NCBI GenBank assembly: GCA_964016885.1
Contig: OZ024744.1
Coordinates: forward strand, 29,264,001 to 29,328,000
Length of the DNA stretch: 64,000 bases
From: Eledone cirrhosa
Lineage: Eukaryota
Direction: 5' to 3'
Position numbers and translations under genes: made by a program. The notes beneath the pieces were generated by a model. That model was not told the DNA's origin. It ran no database searches and saw only the letters and a list, made by a program, of their open reading frames with translations. This document shows positions 39,001-51,400 of the stretch, piece after piece; position 1 is the stretch's first letter; each line of letters opens with the position of its first letter.

Positions 39001-42000
39001 AACCCTAGCCCTGACACTAACCCTAATCCTATCTTCAACCCTAACCCTAACCCTAACTTCAACTCTATCCCTAACCCTAACACTAACCATAGCCCTAACA
39101 CTAACCCCAACCCTAAACCTAACTTCAACCCTATCCCTAACTCTAACGCTAACACTAACCCTAACACTAACCCTAAAACTAACCCTAGCCCTAACCCTAA
39201 CCTAACCCTAACCCTAACATACTAAACATAACATTTAACAATAACATTAACTCTAACCATAACCCTAACATACTAAACTTAACACTAGCCCAAATCCTGC
39301 CCTATCCCTAACCCTAACCCAGTCCTATCAATTACAAAATGTCATATAATTCAGCAATAATGGCTCTCTCTGTTAAAGGATTTAAAGTTGTCACTAACAA
39401 TTAGATACATCGATACGACGTGGCTCCCTCTTGTTACCTATATGTGAGTCTTTCTTATAGTGTGTAATGTTAATTATCTGTCTGTATGGCTGACTGTAGG
39501 AATTTCAAGATATACAAAACACATCCACACTCACACCAAGGGAGAGAATCAATATGTATTATATACACAATTGTCTCCCGTGAAATATATCATTTCTTAG
39601 ATTTTTCAAGCTTATAAATACTAGCAGAGGTAGACGGCATTGTCTTGGAATATGTGTCAAAGTGTTCTTCTTCATTTATGTCTTCTTTTGATCGTGTCTT
39701 TGTGTGAAACATTCAGCCATTTCAAACACGGTGACTAGCTGAATCTCCCTGAGAATTACATTTAAGACTACACATGCTGAATTTCCCTGGCTAATTTTAT
39801 TGAAGATTAAGTGTTATTAGCGGTCAACAATTAAAAAAAAACAAAAAAACTTCCTTTAAATATTTATTTAAAATCTCTTAATACAGAAAGTAACGAAGAA
39901 AATAATAGAAAATTGTATTCTACGAAAATATAATCCATTTACAGAACTTCAGTATATACATTGTGTTTAACTTTTTTCTTTGGAGCATATATGAGGAGTT
40001 TGTGGGGCTTCGTACTCTGGAACAACCTACATACAACTGACCATGTAAGAAACAGCTCTCTTCTAGCTGGAGAACAACAACCTGTAGTATTTGACCTTGG
40101 GACTTGTTGATTGTCCTTGCATAACTCACTCTCACTGAATATTGTAATATTTTCAAACGAAAGGGGACATCTGTTATTATTAGCGAGATTCCAAGTAAAT
40201 GATGTCTCATTTTCCACATCCAATGAGGATTTTCACTTCGATAATATGAGACTGTAGTTTAGTCACAACCATACGTGCCCCATTGCACAATATTGGCTGA
40301 TCGAGTCTTCTGAGAAACATGGCGTCTATAAACTTCTTCAATTCAAGGTTGTGTGGCAGAATACCGGATGTTTCGTGATTTTTTAGAAATTCAAAGGGAT
40401 AATGAACAGCTCCATCCTCATCGATAACTTTGTTGATGGATTTATAGGTTTGGTTACCTCCAGGGACCATTTGTGAGAGATTGTTTTGATGACTTCATTG
40501 TGATGTTTTAGGGGACAATGATTATTTTTACTCAGTAATTCCTCTTTGAAATGGTGGATTTCGAAATTGGGGACACTTAATTAATTAAGCTATCAACGCT
40601 TTCCACAATAATACAAAATTGAGGAAGGATCAAAACATCCACCAATATTAAGGGATATTTTTCCTTCACCATGTGTCAAAAGCATTCAAGCAGACCCTGC
40701 AATAATATTGTCTGCTATTGATTCTTACATTGAGTTTGGTGATACGTAGACATAAAGTAGACGACTTTAGACAAGCTAGACCTGGATTGGTGCGAGTCTA
40801 CCTTGATGCCACAGGTAAAGTCTGTCGGAGTCCCCAGATAAAATGAGAGTGATACCTCCCAGGATTGTTGTGCTGTAACGGATATCTTTCAAACTGACAT
40901 TATTGATAAGTTTTGACCTGCGTCGGATAGGCTAACCCTAACAGTAACACTAACTCTAACATCATCTCTAACCCTAAGTCTGACCCTAACCCTAACACTA
41001 ACCCTCACGCTAGCACTAACCCTAACCCAGCCTTATCACTTACCCAAGGTCATAGAATTCAGCATTAATGGCTCTCTCTGTTAAAAAATTTAAAGTTGTC
41101 ACTAACAATTAGATACATCGATACGACGTGGCTCCCTCTTGTCACCTATATGTGTGTCTTTCTTATAGTGTGTAATGTTAATTATCTCTCTGTATGGCTG
41201 ACTGTAGGAATTTCAAGATATACAAAACACATCCACACTCACACCAAGGGAGAGAATCAATATGTATTATACACAGAATTGTGTCCCTTGTAAAATATTA
41301 TTTCTTAGATTTTTCAATCTTATAAAACTAACAGAGGTAGACGGCGCTGTCTTGGAATATGTGTCGAAGTGTTCTTCTTCATTTATGTCTTCTTTTAATC
41401 GTGTCTTTGTGTAAAACATTCAGCCATGTCAGACACGGTGTCTAGCTGAATCTCCCTGAGAATTACATTTAAGAGTACACATGCTGAATTTCCCTGACTA
41501 AAATGAGAGTGATACCTCCCAGGATCGTCATGCTGTAACGGATATCTTTCAAACAGACATTAAAGAAGAGTTTGCACAGCGTCAGATACCCTAACCCTAA
41601 ACCTAACGCTATGCCTAACCCGAATCCTGACGCTAACTCTTACGCTAAATCTACCCTTAATACTAACGCTACCCCTAATCTTAATCCTAACCCTGACTCT
41701 AAACCTAACCCTAACCCTAAACCTGACCCTAACCCAGATGCTAAACCTAATCCAAACACTATCCCTAACACCTAACCCCAAAGCTTACACTAACCCTAAA
41801 ACTAACGCTAACCCTAACACTACCCTAAGCCTAACCCTAACCCTAACATTAAAACTAACTCTAAGCCTAACACTATAACTCACACTAACCCGAACCCTAA
41901 CGGTAACCCTAACACTAACCATAACCATAGCCCTAAACCTAACCCTAGTCCTAAACTAACAATAACCCCTAACTCTAACCATAACACTAACCCTGAACCC

Positions 42001-45000
42001 TAACCTTAACCCTAACCCTAGCCCCAAATCTAACCCTAACTCTGACACTAACCCTAACCCTAAAACTAACACTAATACTAACACTAACCCTAGCCCTAAC
42101 CCTAACACTAAGCATAACCCTAGCCCTAGCCCTAAACTTAACCCTAACATTAACCCTAACACTAAGCCTAACCTTAATCCTAACAGTAGCCATAAACCTA
42201 ATCCTAACTCTAACCCTAACACTAGGTCTAACCCTAACTCTAAACCTAAACCTAACCGTAACCCTAGCCCTAACACTAACCCTAAACCTAACCATAACCC
42301 TAGCCCTGACACTAACCCTAATCCTAACTTCAACCCTAACCCTAACCCTAACTTCAACTCTATCCCTAACCCTAACACTAACCATAGCCCTAACACTAAC
42401 CCTAACCCTAAACCTAACTTCAACCCTATCCCTAACTCTAACACTAACCCTGACACTAACACTGACTCTAAACCTAACTTCAACTCTATCCGTAACCCTA
42501 CCACTAACCCTAGCCCTAACATGAAGCCTAACCCTAACCTTAACCCTAACACTAACCCTAAAACTAACCCTAAAACTAACCCTAGCCCTAACCCTAACCT
42601 AACACTAACCCTAACATACTAAACCTAACATTTAACAATAACATTAACTCTAACCATAACCCTAACATACTAAATTTAACACTAGCCCTAATCCTGCCCT
42701 TTACAAAATGTCATATAATTCAGCATTAATGGCTCTCTCTGTTAAAGGATTTAAAGTTGTCACTAACAATTAGATACATCGATACGACGTGGCTCCCTCT
42801 TGTTACCGATATGTGAGTCTTTCTTATAGTGTGTAATGTTAATTATCTGTCTGTATGGCTGACTGTAGGAATTTCAAGATATACAAAACACATCCACACT
42901 CACACCAAGGGAGAGAATCAATATGTATTATATACACAATTGTCTCCCGTGAAATATATTATTTCTCAGATTTTTTCAAACTTATATATACTAGCAGAGG
43001 TAGACGGCATTGTCCTGGAATATGTGTCAAAGTGTTCTTCTTCATTTATGTCTTCTTTTGATCGTGCCTTTGTGTGAAACATTCAGCCATTTCAAACACG
43101 GTGACTAGCTGAATCTCCCTGAGAATTACATTTAAGACTACACATGCTGAATTTCCCTGGCTAATTTTATTGAAGATTATTAGCGGTCAACAATTAAAAA
43201 AAAACAAAAAAACTTCCTTTAAATATTTATTTAAAATCTCTTAATACAGAAAGTAACGAAGAAAATAATAGAAAATTGTATTCTACGAAAATATAAACCA
43301 TTTACAGAACTTCAGTATATGCATTGTGTTTAACTTTTTTCTTTGGAGCATATATGAGGAGTTTGTGGGGCTTCGTACTCTGGAACAACCTACATACAAC
43401 TGACCATGTAAGAAACAGCTCTCTTCTAGCTGGAGAACAACAACCTGTAGTATTTGACCTTGGGACTTGTTGATTGTCCTTGCATAACTGACTCTCACTG
43501 AATATTGTAATATTTTCAAACGAAAGGGGACATCTGTTATTATTAGCGAGATTCCAAGTATATGATGTCTCATTTTCCACATCCAATGAGGATTTTCACT
43601 TCGATAATATGAGACTGTAGTTTAGTCACAACCATACGTGCCCCATTGCACAATATTGGCTGATCGAGTCTTCTGAGAAACATGGCGTCTATAAACTTCT
43701 TCAATTCAAGGTTGTGTGGCAGAATACCGGATGTTTCGTGATTTTTTTTAGAAATTCAAAGGGATAATGAACAGCCCCATCCTCATCGACAACTTTGTTG
43801 ATGGATTTATAGGTTTGGTTACCTCCAGGAACCATTTGTGAGAGATTGTTTTGATGACTTCATTGTGATGTTTTAGGGGACAATGATTGTTTTTACTCAG
43901 TAATTCCTCTTTGAAATGGTGGATTTCGAAATTGGGGACACTTGATTAATTAAGCTATCAACGCTTTCCACAATAATACAAAATTGAGGAAGGATCAAAA
44001 CATCCACCAATATTAAGGGATATTTTTCCTTCCCCATGTGTCAAAAGCATTCAAGCAGACCCTGCAATAATATTGTCTGCTATTGATTCTTACATTGAGT
44101 TTGGTGATACGTAGACATAAAGTAGACAAGCTAGACCTGGATTGGTGCGAGTCCACCTTGATGCCACAGGTAAAGTCTGTCGGAAGTCCCCAGATAAAAT
44201 GAGAGTGATACCTCCCAGGATTGTTGTGCTGTAACGGATATCTTTCAAACTGACATTATTGATGAGTTTTGACCTGCGTCGGATAGGCTAATGCTAACAG
44301 TAACACTAACTCTAACATTATCACTAACCCTAGCCCTAACCCTAACACTAAGCATAACCCTAACCCTAGCCCTAAACTTAACCCTAACATTAACCCTAAC
44401 ACTAACCCTAACTCTAATCCTAACAGTAACCATAAACCTAATCCTAACCCTAACCCTAACACTAGGTCTAACCCTAACTTTAAACCTAAACCTAACCGTA
44501 ACCCTATCCCTAACACTAACCCTAAACCTAACCATAACCCTAGCCCTGACACTAACCCTAATCCTAACTTCAACCCTAACCTTAACCCTAACTTCAACTC
44601 TATCCCTAACCCTAACACTAACCATAGCCCTAACACTAACCCCAACCCTAAACCTAACTTCAACCCTATCCCTAACTCTAACGCTAACACTAACCCTAAC
44701 ACTAACCCTAAAACTAACCCTAGCCCTAACCCTAACCTAACCCTAACCCTAACATTTAACAATAACATTAACTCTAACCATAACCCTAACATACTAAACT
44801 TAACACTAGCCCTAATACTGCCCTATCCCTAACCCTAACCCAGCCTTATCACTTACAAAATGTCATATAATTCAGCATTAATGGCTCTCTCTGTTAAAGG
44901 ATTTAAAGTTGTCACTAACAATTAGATACATCGATACGACGTGGCTCCCTCTTGTTACCTATATGTGAGTCTTTCTTATAGTGTGTAATGTTAATTATCT

Positions 45001-47198
45001 GTCTGTATGGCTGACTGTAGGAATTTCAAGATATACAAAACACATCCACACTCACACCAAGGGAGAGAATCAATATGTATTATATACACAATTGTCTCCC
45101 GTGAAATATATTATTTCTTAGATTTTTTCAAACTTATAAATACTAGCAGAGGTAGACGGCATTGTCTTGGGATATGTGTCAAAGTGTTCTTCTTCATTTA
45201 TGTCTTCTTTTGATCGTGCCTTTGTGTGAAACATTCAGCCATTTCAAACACGGTGACTAGCTTATATGGATGGATTTATAGGTTTGGTTACCTCCAGACT
45301 TTCAAACAAACCGTAACAATGTTGTTACTATAAAGTGGTGCCTGCATGTTGATTTTTAAATTGAGTTTGGTGATATGTGGCCATAAAGTTGACGATTTTA
45401 GACAAGCTAGAACTTATTAGACACGACTCCATCTTGATATCACAGGTAAAATCTGTCAGAAGTCTCCAGATAAAATGACAGTGATTCTTCCCAGGATTAT
45501 TGTGCTGTAACGGAGATCTTTCAATGTTTTAAGGCCTCCAATGTGTGTTTACGCAACATTGTGCAGCCATCCAACAAAAATGCCAAACATCTTTGCAATA
45601 ATTGGGCAGCTCCCGAGTTCTTTTATATATGGCACACGGGCATTTCATTCAAACTGAGGTTCAAGTACAATTTGATAGCAGAGTGAGTGTCTGACATCCA
45701 GGTAAATGTGTTACAGTAATTCCAGATGAAGCAACCACTAAAGCTATGTTTTGGTCTTGTCGAACTTTAGACAATAGTTTATTAAAGAAGGTTTTACCAC
45801 CCGGAACATCAATAAAATATAGGCCACCATTCTGTTGTGTAATTGACTCAAGTATAATGTTATATACTGCTTTTTAATCATCTAGCAGTTTTAGCTCATT
45901 TTCATTAACATAGGATAAGAGGTTTTCTAAGTTGCATGAAGTTTCTCACACAATATCATTCCTTAGGCCATAACAATTAGTTTCTCGGTGTGAGGAAGGC
46001 CTATTAAATGCAATGCAGGTCCATTTATTTCTCCCAGTTTATCTTCAATCTCGATCAAAGCTGTGTTATAATGTCCGTCTGAAAATACTTCTTTGTCAGG
46101 GTTTCTCAATTGTGCTTGGTGTTTGATGTCCACGAACATGTCGACCCTATACTTTAGCCAAAGTACCGATGGATTGGCTATGTCACTTTATAAGTTCATC
46201 AAAGCCTTGAAGGCCTTTAATTTCATTAAGCAATATTCTCAAGTAAAGACATTCCTGCTATCCTGGACGTGTTGTGTAAATCTTACCTAGTGTTTCTACT
46301 TTACAAAGTTTGAGATGGCTTTCATTTACGGTTTTCAGTTTTTATGCTAGGCAAATTCATGTTAAGAGCACCACTGGGGCCATGAACCATATGGGATTTA
46401 ATGATTTCGAAATTTTCTCTATCTATATTAAGATCAGGATATTGTAGTGTGTCATAGAAACGATGTGTTTCAAAGATGAATTGGAGGTTGTTGTCACGTT
46501 TATTTATCACAATATCACATTTGTTGCCATTATCCTCTCCCGTAATCACAACAGCTATCTCATTACATTCCAGAGCATTAAATCTGTGAGCATGTTCACC
46601 TGAGGGTCTCTTATCCGCGTCAATGACTATTTTAAACTCGGATGTATTAACAGCAGTTTCCAGAGATATTTAAAACTTTTAATGTAACTGTTATGAGAAT
46701 GAAGTATCTCTTGTAGTTGGATTTATCAACTCTAACCTTGTGTTTTGTAACTTTTGTACTTAGTCTTGCCTTCAATAATAGAATCACCAACGAAGTATAT
46801 CTACAAAATTTTCAATTCTTCATTGGGTAACGGTTGAAGTGATCCTATTCTATGATAAACTTGATCCTCTACTTTGAAAGTCGGCATGAATTGTCCTTCA
46901 TATTTGATATTTGCTCCAAATGATGTCATCTGGAATACAGCATTGTATTTTTGTATTTGTTTTAAGAAATATTTTCCATAAGCTGTCGATGTAATCAGCA
47001 ATGTTTTCAAGGGCTCTGGTGGATCCTGAAATCGAGGTAAATTAACTTGCCACCATAGCAACATATCCGTGGAGTTTACCTAAGCCACTTTTTTGAAGAA
47101 CAGTTCTCACAGGTTTTGAACATTGAACCAATAGATATCACACTTTCAGAGACATAATCATGTGTTTGATGTAGTTGAAGATTGCTAGTCGGCATTAT

Positions 47199-47373
47199 TT
47201 AGCAGTATCGGTAGAGGGTCGGACGCCATGCTTTCCAGCATAGTTCCGTACCTTTACGATCTGAGTTCAAATCCCGCCGAGGTTGACTTTGCCTTTCATC
47301 CTTACGGGGTCGATAAAATAAAGTACCAGTAATGCACTGGATAATTGCTGGCCTTGTGCCTAAAGTAGAAACA
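47199..47373 (+). mobile_element. tRNA-derived SINE inserted in the Helitron
   Basis: Box B gagttcaaatccc; flanking direct repeat attatttagcag at 47194-47205 and 47374-47385. Confidence 0.88.
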
Positions 47374-47489
47374 ATTATTTAGCAGAAAAACGTGTAAAAA
47401 TTCCAACCTGAATTGTTGTTACTCTGATGTCTCCTGTTCTCTAGAGCGGACATTTCAGGCTCCATTACTCTGAAGAGGTTCTGTTAACA

Positions 47490-48146
47490 CCTGTTCCTTG
47501 AAGAGAGTTTGTCTATCGGCTTAAGACTCCAGCCCACGTCCTTTCTGTGTTGGTCTCTCCTGTTCCCTGAAGCAGGCTTGTCTATCGGCTTAAGACCCCA
47601 ACATCCATCATTTCTACGCTGGTCTCTCCTGTTCCATGAAGCAGGCTTGTCTATCAGCTTAAGACCCCAACATCCGTCATTTCTACGCTGGTCTCTCCTG
47701 TTCCCTGAAGCAGGGTTGTCTATCAGCTTAAGACCCCAACATCCGTCATTTCTACGCTGGTCTCACCTGTTCCCTGAAGCAGGCTTGTCTATCAGCTTAA
47801 GACCCCAACATCCGTCATTTCTACGCTGGTCTCTCCTGTTCCCTGAAGCAGGCTTGTCTATCGGCTTAAGACTCTAAACTAAGTCGTTTCTACGCTGGCC
47901 TCTCCTGTTCCCTGAAGCAGGCTTGTCTATGGGCTTAAGATCCCAACATCCGTCATTTCTAGGCTGGTCTCTCATGTTCCCTGAAGCAGGCTTGTCTATC
48001 GGCTTAAGACCCCAGCCTCAGTCATTTCTACGCTGGTCTCTCGTGTTCCCTGAAGCGGGCTTATCTATCGTCTTGAGATTCTAAACTAAGTCATTTCTAC
48101 GTTGGTCTCTCGTGTTCCCTAAAGCAAGCTTGTCTATCGGCTAACG
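47490..48146. repeat. 69-bp minisatellite, ~9 copies
   Basis: agcaggcttgtctatc recurs at 47571, 47640 and onward with a 69-bp period. Confidence 0.93.
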
Positions 48147-48464
48147 ACTGAGGTTTTTCTTCTCGTTTCTCTTGCGTCTCCACCACATTTCGCTGTCTCT
48201 AATATTGGAACTTGTCCTGTCTTTCTTCTTGTGTTTCCCAAGCGCTTCGATATATGAGTCTTGTTTAAAAAACAAAAATAAATCCCGTGACATTTAAAGA
48301 AGTTGGTTCAGTATAACAATTATACGTTATATATATATATGTATAACCAAACTTTATTTCACAAAACGAAAATACGATTGCTTCGAATAGTAAGACATGT
48401 AACACACGGTATGTTGAAATATATAAATATATTTATGATATATGCATAGATTGAAGTAAAGAGT

Positions 48465-51400
48465 GGAATGGGATTGGAGATCCAGAGAGTGGACGGGAGG
48501 TTGGACATCTTTAGACTGGAGGGGAGATTGGATGTCATTAGACTGGAGGGGAGATTGGACATCTATAGAGTGGAGGGGAGATTGGACATCTTTAGACTGG
48601 AGGGGAGATGGGGACATCTATAGAGTGGTGGGGAGGTGGGACAACTATAAACTGGAGTGAAGATTGGATATCTATAGACGGAAGGGGAGATTGGATGTCT
48701 ATAGTGTGGAGAGGAGACTGGACATCTATGGAGTAGAGGGGAGATTGGACATCTATAGACTGGAGGAGAGAGTGGATATCTATAGAGTGGAGGGGAGATT
48801 GGACCTCTATAGACTGGAGGGGAGATTGGACATCTATAGAGTGGAGGAGAGGTTGGATGTCTATAGATTGGAGGGGAGACTAGACATCTATAGAGAGGAG
48901 GGGAGATTTGATGTCTATAGAATGGAGGGGAGATGGGACATCTGTAGATTGGAGGGGATATTGGACATCTATAGACTGGAGGGGAGATTGGACATCTATA
49001 GACTGGAGGGGAGATTGGACATCTATAGAGAGGAGGGGAGATTTGATGTCTATAGACTGGAGGGGAGATTGGACATCTGTAGATTGGAGGGGAGATTGGA
49101 CATCTATAGAGTGTAGGGGAGATTGGACATCTATAGAGTGGAGGGGAGACTAGACATCTATAGAGAGGAGGGGAGATTTGATGTCTATAGAATGGAGGGG
49201 AGATGGGACATCTGTAGATTGGAGGGGATATTGGACATCTATAGACTGGAGGGGAGATTGGACATCTATAGACTGGAGGGGAGATTGGACATCTATAGAG
49301 AGGAGGGGAGATTTGATGTCTATAGACTGGAGGGGAGATTGGACATCTGTAGATTGGAGGGGAGATTGGACATCTATAGAGTGTAGGGGAGATTGGACAT
49401 CTATAGAGTGGAGGGGAGACTAGACATCTATAGAGAGGAGGGGAGATTTGATTTCTATAGACTAGAGGGGAGATCGGACATCTGTAGATTGGAGGGGAGA
49501 TTGGACATCTATAGAGTGGAGGGGAGATTAGATGTCTATAGAGTGAAGGGAGTTTGGTCATCTATAGAGTGGAGGGGAGATTTGATGTCTATAGAGTGGA
49601 GGGGAGATTTGATGTCTATAGAGTGGAGGGGAGATTGTACATTTATAGACTGGAGGGGAGATTGGATGTCTATAGAGTGAAGGGTAGATTGGACATATAT
49701 AGAGTGAAGGGGAGATTGGACAGATATAGAGTGGAGGGGAGAGTGGACTTCTATAGTCTGGAGGGAAATTGGATGTCTATAGAGTGGAGGGGAGATTGGA
49801 TATATATAAAGTGCAGGGGAGATTGGACATCTATAGACTGGAGGGGAGATTGGATGTCTGTAGACTGGAGGGGAGATTGGACCTCTATAGACTGGAGGGG
49901 AGCGTGGACATCTATAGACTGGAGGGTAGATTGGACATCTATAGAGAGGAGGAGAGATTGGATGTTTATAGACTGGGGGAGAGAGTGGACATCTATAGAG
50001 TGGAGGGTAGATTGAACATCTATAGAGAGGTGGAGAGATTGGATGTTTATAGACTGGAGGGGAGAGAGTGGACATCTATAGACTGGAGGGGAGAGTGGAT
50101 ATCTATAGAGAGGAGGAGAGATTGGATGTTTATAGACTGGGGGAGAGAGTGGACATCTATAGACTGGAGGGGAGATTGGACATTTATAGACTGGAGGGGA
50201 GAATGGACATCTATAGACTGGAGGGGAGAGTGGATATCTATAGAGTGGAGGGGAGATTGAACCTCTATAGACTGGAGGGGAGAGTGGATATCTATAGAGT
50301 GGAGGGGAGATTGGACATCTATAGAGTGGAGGAGAGGTTGGATGTCTATAGACTGGAGGGGAGACTAGACATCTATAAAGAGGAGGGGAGATTTGATGTC
50401 TATAGACTGGAGGGGAGATTCGACATCTGTAGATTGGAGGGGATATTGGACATCTATAGACTGGAGGCGAGATTGGACATCTATAGACTGGAGGGGAGAT
50501 TCGATGTCTATAGAGTGAAGGGGAAATTGGACATCTATAGAGCGGGGAGGAGATTGGATATCTATAGAGTGCAGGGGAGATTGGACATTTATAGACTGGA
50601 GGGGAGATTGGACATCTATAGAGTGTAGGGGAGATTGGACATCTATAGAGTAGAGGGGAGACTAGACATCTATAGAGAGGAGGGGAGATTTGATGTCTAT
50701 AGACTGGAGGGGAGATTGGACATCTGTAGATTGGAGGGGAGATTGGACATCTATAGAGTGTAGGGGAGATTGGACATCTATAGAGTGGAGGGGAGACTAG
50801 ACATCTATAGAGAGGAGGGGAGATTTGATTTCTATAGACTAGAGGGGAGATCGGACATCTGTAGATTGGAGGGGAGATTGGACATCTATAGAGTGGAGGG
50901 GAGATTAGATGTCTATAGAGTGAAGGGAGTTTGGTCATCTATAGAGTGGAGGGGAGATTTGATGTCTATAGAGTGGAGGGGAGATTGTACATTTATAGAC
51001 TGGAGGGGAGATTGGATGTCTATAGAGTGAAGGGTAGATTGGACAGATATAGAGTGGAGGGGAGAGTGGACTTCTATAGTCTGGAGGGAAGTTGGATGTC
51101 TATAGAGTGGAGGGGAGATTGGATATATATAAAGTGCAGGGGAGATTGGACATCTATAGACTGGAGGGGAGATTGGATGTCTGTAGACTGGAGGGGAGAT
51201 TGGACCTCTATAGACTGGAGGGGAGCGTGGACATCTATAGACTGGAGGGTAGATTGGACATCTATAGAGAGGAGGAGAGATTGGATGTTTATAGACTGGG
51301 GGAGAGAGTGGACATCTATAGACTGGAGGGTAGATTGAACATCTATAGAGAGGTGGAGAGATTGGATGTTTATAGACTGGAGGGGAGAGAGTGGACATCT

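Larger units (their letters stand above)
23775..45262. repeat. Macrosatellite of Helitron 3' end/helicase fragment alternating with degenerate telomeric tracts; 7 units (long, long, long, short, long, long, short)
   Basis: The helicase fragment recurs at 24239, 27640, 31032, 34443, ~36626, 39920 and 43283 (spacings ~3.4, 3.4, 3.4, 2.2, 3.3, 3.4 kb). Confidence 0.95.
45143..48300 (-). mobile_element. Decayed, internally deleted Rep/Helicase Helitron
   Basis: Minus-strand remnants: IQKYNAVFQMTSFGA..QVYHRIGSL, HRFYDTLQYP, MVHGP, YFIDVPGGKTF (Walker A-like), ALVVASSGI, ILSGDF. The 5' limit is uncertain. Confidence 0.83.

Noticed and set aside
24239-43586. Functional cellular PIF1 helicase genes
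   Set aside because: Frameshifted partial copies without Walker A, attached to Helitron termini.
25882-44792. LGLGL, VRVRV and PNPNP ORFs
   Set aside because: Translations of telomere-like hexamers.
47490-48146. CRISPR-like regular repeat
   Set aside because: Whole units repeat with no unique spacers; eukaryotic context and no cas genes.
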